DNA of 64,000 nt. It comes from Candidatus Blackburnbacteria bacterium (lineage in GTDB: Bacteria; Patescibacteriota; Microgenomatia; UBA8517; UBA10165). A program made the translations under genes and the position numbers. The notes under the pieces were generated by a model. The model was not told where the DNA came from, did no database searches, and saw nothing but the letters and a program-made list of their open reading frames with translations. The DNA lies in NCBI GenBank assembly GCA_016183565.1, contig JACPEJ010000001.1, forward strand, positions 293,241-357,240. Direction: 5' to 3'. Shown piece after piece: positions 57,094 to 64,000 of this stretch (its first letter is position 1; every line of letters begins with the position of its first letter).

Positions 57094-58123
57094 TATGCGT
57101 GCTGTAATTTATGATCCCTATCTTGATACTGGTGGTGGCGGGGAGCGTTATATTTTAACTGTTGCCAGCCTTTTAATAAAAAAGGGTTGGCAGGTTGACG
57201 TATGCTGGCCGGATCCTAAGATAGGCAATTGGCTTAAGGAAAGACTAGGTATCGATCTTTCAAAAGTTACTTTTGTAGACAATACGTCACGAGGGGCTGG
57301 TTATGATTTAGTTTTCTGGCTTTCGGATGGGAGCATTCCTTTGTTGTTTGGTAAGAAAAATATTTTACACTTTCAGACGCCTTTTCAAAATGTAGGAGGT
57401 AAATCTATTTTAAATAAGGTAAAGTTCTTAAGGGTTAGTAGTGTTGTTTGTAATTCAAAGTTTACAAAGAGTTTTATAGATAAGGAATATGGAGTAACGA
57501 GCGTTGTTGTTTACCCGCCGGTTGATACCGAATTATTTAAACCGGGGAGGAAAGAAAATATTATTCTTTTTGTTGGTAGGTTTTCCCAATTGCAACAGTT
57601 AAAGCGCCAGGATGTTTTAGTTGAAAATTTTGGAAGGATGTGTGGTGCGGGTCTTAAGAATTGGAGACTGGTTTTGATTGGTGGTAGTGAAGTTGGTGGT
57701 AGGGAGTATGTTAAAGAACTAAGAGAGAAGGCAGTTTCTTTGCCGATTGATATCCTTGAGAATTTGCCTCTTCAAGAGGTGCAAAAATATTATGCTGAGT
57801 CAAAGATATTTTGGTCTGCTGTTGGGTATGGGGTAGATGAATTAGAATCACCTTATCAAGTCGAGCATTTTGGAATGAGTGTTGTGGAGGCACAGGCGGC
57901 TGGTTGTGTTCCTGTGGTTATTTCTAAGGGTGGACACAAAGAGATAATAGTAAATGGAGAGAATGGGTTGTTGTGGGTGGAAGACGGGGAGTTGAGAGAA
58001 GCAACACTTCAATTGATTAAAGACGAAAGGAGGATGAGAGAAATTGCCAAGAAAGCAAAAGAGGATGCGGAGAGATTCTCAGTCCAAGAGTTCAAGAGGA
58101 AAATTTTGGAAACTATTAGTTAG
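57053..58123 (+). CDS. GT4 glycosyltransferase (GT-B fold)
   Basis: C-terminal E...FGMSVVEAQAAGCVPVVISKGGHKEII GT4 signature. Confidence 0.85.
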   Translation: MLNCGKYNKEVVGDMRAVIYDPYLDTGGGGERYILTVASLLIKKGWQVDVCWPDPKIGNWLKERLGIDLSKVTFVDNTSRGAGYDLVFWLSDGSIPLLFGKKNILHFQTPFQNVGGKSILNKVKFLRVSSVVCNSKFTKSFIDKEYGVTSVVVYPPVDTELFKPGRKENIILFVGRFSQLQQLKRQDVLVENFGRMCGAGLKNWRLVLIGGSEVGGREYVKELREKAVSLPIDILENLPLQEVQKYYAESKIFWSAVGYGVDELESPYQVEHFGMSVVEAQAAGCVPVVISKGGHKEIIVNGENGLLWVEDGELREATLQLIKDERRMREIAKKAKEDAERFSVQEFKRKILETIS

Positions 58124-59207
58124 AATATGGCCGACATTTGCAATTATCGCAGTTGTATTAATTTTCTTCTATCCTGTTTGGGTTAAAAATTTAATACCTC
58201 TTCCTGCTGACTTTGTTGTGGGTGTTTATTATCCTTGGCTTGACTATAAGTGGGGGTTTTCTGTAGGGGTACCGGTTAAGAACCCCATGACTACGGATGT
58301 TGTTTCGTTTGTATATCCAATGCAAATGTTGGCTATTGATCTTATTAAGAGTGGACAATGGCCTTTGTGGAATCCTTATATCTTAACCGGAACTCCTCTT
58401 CTTGCTAATTTTCAGTCAGCTCCGTTTTCTCCAACGAACTTTGTTTATTTCCTTTTTGACAGATTGACGGCGTGGAGTGTGCAGGTTGCTTTGCAGCATT
58501 TTTTGGCGGCGATATTTACCTATCTCCTGCTTCGTTACTGGAAAGTTTCAAGATTGTCATCTGTTTTAGGAGGTGTGATTTTTGCTTTTAGCGGATTTAA
58601 TACTATTTGGTCTCAGTGGAATGGGCATGCCTTATCAGGAGCGTTTATACCTTTATTAATTCTTCTTGAAGATAGGTGGTTAAAAATTGGCAAATGGCGA
58701 GATGGTGCGTTGTTTTCGGTTGTACTATCGGCACAAATCTTGTCAGGTTATCCACAAGTGGTTTTTTATACAGGAGTTGCGTTAGTGTTATTGGCAATTT
58801 TTAGGTTTGAGAAAACAACAAGATGGTTGGGAAGATTGGGTGGATTGGGGATATTTGGATTGTTGGGAATTGGGTTGTCGTCTTTTCAAATTTTACCCGG
58901 TGCGGAGCTTCTTTCTCTATCTCAGCGAGAGATAGAGCCACATCCTTATGGGTGGGCTTTTTTGCCTTGGGTTAAAATAATTACATTTTTGGCTCCTGAT
59001 TACTTTGGAAATCATGCAACTCAGAATTACTGGGGGCCTCAAGATTATACGTCAAATACTGGTTTTGTAGGGGTAGTGGCATTTAGCTTAGCTGTGGCGG
59101 GAGCTATGCTATTGAGAAAAAAGCGAGAAGTTATTTACATTGTGCTTGTGTTAGTGTTTGCACTCCTTTTATCTTTTCCTACCCCAATCTCAGTGTTTTT
59201 ATGGTAA
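58044..59207 (+). CDS. YfhO-family membrane protein, N-terminal part (ends at in-frame TAA 59205..59207)
   Basis: GQWPLWNPYILTGTPLLANFQSAPFSP matches the YfhO LPLWNPY..G.P motif. Confidence 0.6.
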   Translation: MPRKQKRMRRDSQSKSSRGKFWKLLVRIWPTFAIIAVVLIFFYPVWVKNLIPLPADFVVGVYYPWLDYKWGFSVGVPVKNPMTTDVVSFVYPMQMLAIDLIKSGQWPLWNPYILTGTPLLANFQSAPFSPTNFVYFLFDRLTAWSVQVALQHFLAAIFTYLLLRYWKVSRLSSVLGGVIFAFSGFNTIWSQWNGHALSGAFIPLLILLEDRWLKIGKWRDGALFSVVLSAQILSGYPQVVFYTGVALVLLAIFRFEKTTRWLGRLGGLGIFGLLGIGLSSFQILPGAELLSLSQREIEPHPYGWAFLPWVKIITFLAPDYFGNHATQNYWGPQDYTSNTGFVGVVAFSLAVAGAMLLRKKREVIYIVLVLVFALLLSFPTPISVFLW

Positions 59208-59279
59208 AGCGGTCTCTTTGGTTTTCAAGCTGCGTCAGCACATAGGGCGTTAGTCCTATTTAATTTAAGTGTTGCTCTT

Positions 59280-60512
59280 TTGGCAGCGTTTGGAGCGGAC
59301 TGTTTTTTGGAGACAGGAAAACTGCGACTGAGAACACTTTTGCCGGCTTTTTCGATTTTGATAGTTTTTAGTGTTATATCTGTCTATTTTTATCTTAACC
59401 CTCCTTCTGTTATTGATCCTACCAACAACAATCTTTTTGGGGCGGAGCGGGCTGATTACCGGGTAGGATTGCGGAACTTAGTTTTGCCAATTCTTGCATT
59501 TTTTTCGTCTCTCCTGGTTTTTAAGGTGACTGGTGGCGTGAACAGAGTTCGTCAGTTGAGTCTTGTACTAGTTTTTTTGATTATGCTAACAGAGCTTTAC
59601 TGGTTTTGGGCGAAATTTACGCCTTTTTCTCCAAGAAGGATTGTATTCCCCAAAACACCAGTTTTAGAGTTTTTGGAAAAACAGGAAAAGCCCTTTAGAA
59701 CTACTGGTTATAAAGTAATTCCGATAAACATGAGGATGCCGTACAAAATTGAAACTTTAGAAGGTTATGATGCAATCTATCCACTTTCGCTATCGCAGTT
59801 TGTTGCCGCTATAACTAGTGGAAAAAGTGGGACTCAGCCTGTTGGTAGGTATGCCACAATAGGTGACGAAACGGTCAAAGCGTTGGATTTGGTGAATGTT
59901 AAGTATGTTATTGCTGTAAAAAGAGATGAGCGGAGTAGGCCGTCTCCCGAAGGGAAGATTGCTTCCTCTTTGGAGAATCCAAAGCTGCAATTGGCTTACG
60001 AGGATAAATCAGTTGTAGTTTTGGAGAGCCGGAATGTTTTACCTCGTGCTTTTGTGGTTTACTCTTGGGAAAGGTCATTAGGGAACAAGACGCTAGATCG
60101 TTTTCTTGATCCAGATTTTCCGATTAGTGAAAAAGTTTTTCTAGAGGAAGAACTTGGGTTTGTAAATAAGGCAGCAGGAAAAGGAGAATCTAGTGTGCTC
60201 TACGAAAAATATAGTGATCAAGAAAGTATGTTTAAGGTGAGAACCTCAAAGGATGGTCTTTTGTTTGTTTCTGATACATACTATCCAGGTTGGAAGGCAT
60301 ATGTAGATGATGTTGAAACGAAGATATATAAGGCCAATTTCGCGTTTAGGGCTATAGCAGTTCCAGCTGGAGAGCATGTTGTGAAGATGACTTATAAACC
60401 TGACTCCTTTTTTAATGGATTGAGGCTATCAGCTATTTCTTTGACGTTTCTTTTGTTGGGTGGAGTTACTAAGGTACTTATTGGCAGGAAACATGGAAAA
60501 GCCTATACTTGA
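59280..60512 (+). CDS. YfhO-family membrane protein, C-terminal part; same frame as 58044..59207
   Basis: 59280-58044 = 1236 = 3x412. No other stop between 59208 and 59279 (SGLFGFQAASAHRALVLFNLSVALLAAFGA...). Combined length 822 aa is typical for YfhO. Confidence 0.55.
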   Translation: MAAFGADCFLETGKLRLRTLLPAFSILIVFSVISVYFYLNPPSVIDPTNNNLFGAERADYRVGLRNLVLPILAFFSSLLVFKVTGGVNRVRQLSLVLVFLIMLTELYWFWAKFTPFSPRRIVFPKTPVLEFLEKQEKPFRTTGYKVIPINMRMPYKIETLEGYDAIYPLSLSQFVAAITSGKSGTQPVGRYATIGDETVKALDLVNVKYVIAVKRDERSRPSPEGKIASSLENPKLQLAYEDKSVVVLESRNVLPRAFVVYSWERSLGNKTLDRFLDPDFPISEKVFLEEELGFVNKAAGKGESSVLYEKYSDQESMFKVRTSKDGLLFVSDTYYPGWKAYVDDVETKIYKANFAFRAIAVPAGEHVVKMTYKPDSFFNGLRLSAISLTFLLLGGVTKVLIGRKHGKAYT

Positions 60513-60520
60513 ACAGTTAA

Positions 60521-61195
60521 ATGGGGAACTTAGCTGTTTCGGTAACTTACAAGAGAGCTGTAGATTTGCATCAACACGTGCCTCCTGATTGGTATGCAAG
60601 ATCTATTAAAGAGAATGTCCTTCAATGGTTTTGGCACACAACGAGGTTTAAGGAAGTGAGTGGTTTAATTGAGAAGGCTGGAGGTAGGGTACTTGATATT
60701 GGTTGTGCAGATGGAACTTTTACAAAGGTAGTTCTTAGTCAGTCTGGTGCTTCGGAAGTTGTGGGTATAGATATACTTCCAAAGTCGGTTGCTTATGCAA
60801 AACGTCGTTTTGCCCGAAGCAAAAAACTTTCTTTTAGGGTTGCTGATGCTCATAAGTTGCCATTTCCCAGTAGATCCTTTGATGCTGTATTTTGTCTTGA
60901 GACGCTGGAACATGTAGCAGATCCGGATATGGTAATTTCTGAAATCTACAGAGTTTTAAAAGATGATGGTTATGCAATAATTTTAGTACCCTCCGAAAAT
61001 CTTATTTTTCGCTTTGCGGTCTGGCCTCTGTGGACGCTTTGGCGTGGTAGAATCTGGAAAGGTACCCATATACAAAATCTATCTACAAAGGAGCTTCTTG
61101 CAAAAATGGATAACGGAAAATTTGAGATTAAGGAATATAAAAAGTTTTTATTGGGGATGCTTCAAGTAATTAAAGTAGCCAAAAAACAGTTATGA
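60521..61195 (+). CDS. Class I SAM-dependent methyltransferase
   Basis: VLDIGCADGTF (motif I), DAVFCLETLEHVADP. Confidence 0.8.
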   Translation: MGNLAVSVTYKRAVDLHQHVPPDWYARSIKENVLQWFWHTTRFKEVSGLIEKAGGRVLDIGCADGTFTKVVLSQSGASEVVGIDILPKSVAYAKRRFARSKKLSFRVADAHKLPFPSRSFDAVFCLETLEHVADPDMVISEIYRVLKDDGYAIILVPSENLIFRFAVWPLWTLWRGRIWKGTHIQNLSTKELLAKMDNGKFEIKEYKKFLLGMLQVIKVAKKQL

Positions 61196-62070
61196 CAACT
61201 GTAGTTGTAATTCCAAATTGGAATGGTCTGGTGCTTTTAGAAAGGAACCTGCCGGCGGTAATGAAGCTAAAAGCTGACGAGATTATTGTTGTTGATGATT
61301 GCTCTTCTGATGAAAGTGTTGCTTTTTTGGAAAAGAATTATCCTCAAGTTATTCTGATTAAAAATGAGAAAAATTTAGGGTTTTCGAGAAGCGTCAACAA
61401 AGGAGTATTGGCAGCTTCTTCAGACATAGTGTTTTTACTTAACTCTGATGTTATTCCAAGTTTGGGAATTGTAAAACCTGTTCTTGCTCATTTTAAAAAG
61501 CCCGATGTTTTTGGTGTGTCGTTTGCGGAGGTTGGGTATTCTTGGGCGAAGCCGAAGCTCACGCATGGTTATTTAGGGCATGAGTCTGGCGAGAAGACAA
61601 ACAAAGCGCATGACACTTTTTGGGTAAGTGGTGGTAGTGGAGCTTTCAGGCGATCTATGTGGTTAGAACTTGGTGGGATGGATACTCTTTTTACCCCATT
61701 TTATTGGGAGGATGTTGATCTTTCTTTAAGGGCTCTTAAAAAGGGGTGGAAACTTATTTGGGAGCCTAAGGCGATAGTGGAACACAAACACGAGTCAACG
61801 ATTAATACTACTTACTTTTCCAGAAGATATTTGCATTATATTAAAGAAAGAAACGAGCTTTTGTTTAATTGGAAATACTTAGACAAAAAATATCTTTTTC
61901 GACAGCATTTTCCAGGGATTATTTGGAGGTTGAAACATCCGGGTTATTTGATAGTTTTATTGTTGGCTCTTTCCAAATTGCCTTTTGTTTTACGCCAGCG
62001 AGTACTGGTGAGACAAGAGAGCTTCTTGAGTATTAAGGATGTATTGTTGAAATTTGGTGTTAAATGTTAA
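61192..62070 (+). CDS. GT2 glycosyltransferase
   Basis: VVVIPNWNG...VVDDCSSDES...NSD motifs. Confidence 0.85.
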   Translation: MTTVVVIPNWNGLVLLERNLPAVMKLKADEIIVVDDCSSDESVAFLEKNYPQVILIKNEKNLGFSRSVNKGVLAASSDIVFLLNSDVIPSLGIVKPVLAHFKKPDVFGVSFAEVGYSWAKPKLTHGYLGHESGEKTNKAHDTFWVSGGSGAFRRSMWLELGGMDTLFTPFYWEDVDLSLRALKKGWKLIWEPKAIVEHKHESTINTTYFSRRYLHYIKERNELLFNWKYLDKKYLFRQHFPGIIWRLKHPGYLIVLLLALSKLPFVLRQRVLVRQESFLSIKDVLLKFGVKC

Positions 62071-63602
62071 AAAGCAAAAGCTGTTTTCTTCTTTTGGCAA
62101 TATTTATACTAGGTGTTGTCCTGCGAGTTTTATTTTTTCCTGGGAATATTTATTTTGGTTTTGATCAAGCAAGAGATGCATACGAGTCCCAAAATATTTA
62201 CGAAAACTTTGACTTAAAGTTAATTGGACCGTCGACAGCTTTGGAAAACCTATTTCATGGTCCTCTTTACTGGTATTTGATTGGTCCATTGTATCTGATG
62301 GGGAATGGAAATCCAGAATTTCCTGCGCTTTTTCTTTTGATTCTTAATGCCGTTGGGGTGTTTATAATTTATTGTATTGGTGCTGTTTTGGCAAATAAAC
62401 TAGTTGGGTTTTTGGCAGCTTTCCTTTACGCTGTTTCTTTTGAACAAACGCAATATGCCCTTTATTTTGGCAACCCTGGCCCTGCGGTTATCTGCATACT
62501 TTTGTTTTATTTGGGCATCTTGCTTTTTGGGATTAGGAAAAAATGGTGGGGTATTCCTCTTTCGATGTTTGCATGGGGAATGTCGATCCAGTTTGAGTTT
62601 TTCCTTGTATATCTAGGTGTTATTTTTTTGGCGTTGGTTTTTGTTTTCAGGAGAAGGTTACCAGTGGTTCTTAGGCCATCGAGAATTTTTGTTTCTGTCC
62701 TCTCTTTTTTAGTTCCACTTTCCACTTTTATACTGGCGGAGATTAAATATGGTTGGAGGACTGTATTGACGCTAGCTCATTTGATAAGTAGTAGTGGGGG
62801 TTCTAGAGATTTGGGCAAGATAATAACAGTTTACTTTTCTAATTTGACTTTGCACATACGGCACAATCTCTTTTCCTTTAATGAAAATTTAGCACGAGTG
62901 GTATTGATTTTTTTGGTGGGTTTGGGATTTTACTTTTTGTTAAGGAGAGGAAAAGAGAGACGAGTAGCTGTGTTTTTGTTAATTTGGTTTTTTTCGAGTA
63001 GTGTTATATTAATATTTGGCAATCCTGAGTTGTATTATTCTGATATCGGTGTTTCGGCGGGAGTATTGCTTTTAGTGGCATATTTTCTTGTAAAATTGTT
63101 TAAGAAAAGCGTGTTAATTTCTAGCGTTTTATTGGGAGTTTTAGTTATAAGTAATTTCTCTTTGATTCGTAAGCAGAATCCGCAGGGAATAATAAATGGT
63201 ATTTATGTTCAGGAAGGGATGTTGTTGTCTAGGGAAAAAGAGATGATAGATTACATCTATAGGGAGGCCCGTGGTCGACCAATTGTGGTTTCTGGGAGCA
63301 CGATGCCTTTGAAAATCAACACAACTTGGGCGTATTTGTTTAACTGGTATGGAAAGGGGGAATATGGATATTTACCGTACTGGACAGGAGAGGTGGCACT
63401 TGGATATCCGGGTAGTTTGCCTTCTTGGAAGTCCCAAGAAACGGAGTATGTGATGTTTAGCATAATAGAGCCTACAAGAGGTGTGAGAGGAGCGTTTATA
63501 GAAAACTTTTTAGTGGAACAAGAACAATATGGTGTTGTACGAGAAGAGAGGATTTTTGGCGTGAATCCCCAAGCGCAGTTTGTTGTGCAAAGAAGGCAAT
63601 AA
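62064..63602 (+). CDS. GT-C glycosyltransferase GT39/ArnT-like; inverted paralog of 16394..17929
   Basis: FGFDQARD...IGPSTALENLFHGPLYWYLIGP and C-terminal IIEPTRGVRG motifs, collinear with 16394..17929. Confidence 0.75.
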   Translation: MLKSKSCFLLLAIFILGVVLRVLFFPGNIYFGFDQARDAYESQNIYENFDLKLIGPSTALENLFHGPLYWYLIGPLYLMGNGNPEFPALFLLILNAVGVFIIYCIGAVLANKLVGFLAAFLYAVSFEQTQYALYFGNPGPAVICILLFYLGILLFGIRKKWWGIPLSMFAWGMSIQFEFFLVYLGVIFLALVFVFRRRLPVVLRPSRIFVSVLSFLVPLSTFILAEIKYGWRTVLTLAHLISSSGGSRDLGKIITVYFSNLTLHIRHNLFSFNENLARVVLIFLVGLGFYFLLRRGKERRVAVFLLIWFFSSSVILIFGNPELYYSDIGVSAGVLLLVAYFLVKLFKKSVLISSVLLGVLVISNFSLIRKQNPQGIINGIYVQEGMLLSREKEMIDYIYREARGRPIVVSGSTMPLKINTTWAYLFNWYGKGEYGYLPYWTGEVALGYPGSLPSWKSQETEYVMFSIIEPTRGVRGAFIENFLVEQEQYGVVREERIFGVNPQAQFVVQRRQ

Positions 63603-64000
63603 TGAAGGAACTATCTGTAGTAATTGTTAATTATAATACTGGTGAGTTGTTGGGAAAATGTGTTGATTCAGTCAAAAAAACAGCAGGGTTCGCTGAAATT
63701 ATAGTTGTTGATAATGCATCGACTGATGGATCGGGCCGCGCTTTGCGGAATTTTCAATTTTCAATTTTCAATTTTCAATTTATAGAAAACAAAAAGAACT
63801 TGGGGTTTGCAAGGGCTGTAAATCAGGGAATAAAAAAAGCGAAGGGGGAATATATTCTGCTTCTCAACCCTGATACTGTTGTTGAGCCAAAGGCGATTGA
63901 TAATATGCTTCAGTTTGCAAAGCTGGAACCTTCTGTGGGTGCAATAGGTGCTAGGTTGTTGAATCCAGACGGTTCGGTTCAGGGGTCTGTTATGCACTTT
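63602..64000 (+). CDS. GT2 glycosyltransferase (3'-truncated by window edge) containing an in-frame heptanucleotide repeat tract
   Basis: ATG at 63602 overlaps the upstream TAA (TAATG). MKELSVVIVNYNTGELL...VVDNASTDGS...ENKKNLGFARAVNQG. Not in the ORF track because there is no stop within the window. Confidence 0.8.
   Translation, partial: MKELSVVIVNYNTGELLGKCVDSVKKTAGFAEIIVVDNASTDGSGRALRNFQFSIFNFQFIENKKNLGFARAVNQGIKKAKGEYILLLNPDTVVEPKAIDNMLQFAKLEPSVGAIGARLLNPDGSVQGSVMHF
63740..63772. repeat. Heptanucleotide tandem repeat (AATTTTC)x4 plus a partial unit inside the GT2 coding sequence
   Basis: Encodes NFQFSIFNFQF between the DGS and ENKKNLGFA motifs. Unit length is not a multiple of 3. Confidence 0.85.

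Overview
This is an AT-rich (~40% GC) bacterial window. The gene content (N-terminal-only TsaB, ProRS without an editing domain, a very high density of polytopic GT-C glycosyltransferases) suggests a Patescibacteria/CPR-like genome; that placement is inference only. Positions 1-34 kb carry housekeeping genes: lon, greA, lysS, serS, rarA, secA, proS, prfB, the ftsE-ftsX-envC-like cluster, tsaE/tsaB, trmD and nrnA, plus tRNA-Gln(CTG), tRNA-Glu(CTC) and surface-protein genes (an LPXTG protein, an L,D-transpeptidase, a CAP-domain protein). From 16.4 kb, and solidly from 34 to 64 kb, the window is a very large glycosylation island. It holds at least 13 polytopic GT-C-type membrane glycosyltransferases (GT39/PMT-like, GT83/ArnT-like, YfhO-like, TMTC-like with TPR, PIG-V-like), at least 10 GT2 enzymes (several DPM-synthase/ArnC-like, two in tandem), a GT4, a Wzx-type flippase and a SAM methyltransferase. 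Two full-length GT39-like paralogs in inverted orientation (16394..17929 and 62064..63602) bound the island. A minus-strand islet at 47.2-49.7 kb carries a Cas4-like Fe-S PD-(D/E)XK nuclease, hicBA and an orphan DPPY DNA methyltransferase. Features outside the ORF track: (1) a 22-nt hairpin-core element flanked by AAAATTC-type heptamer tandem repeats, found twice inside coding sequence in different frames (tsaE, and the GT2/GT-C junction at 38.5 kb), plus a pure (AATTTTC)x4.7 tract inside a GT2 gene at 63.74 kb, a candidate phase-variation switch. (2) A ~150-nt GC-rich, palindrome-dense structured element at 35.13-35.28 kb that replaces the 3' end of a DPM-synthase gene. (3) A YfhO-like gene split by a single in-frame TAA. 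(4) A 37-nt direct repeat bracketing a mazEF plus transglutaminase cassette next to tRNA-Gln. (5) A strongly signalled 26-aa ultra-basic peptide gene at 13314..13394. No CRISPR array, rRNA, integrase or transposase was seen.
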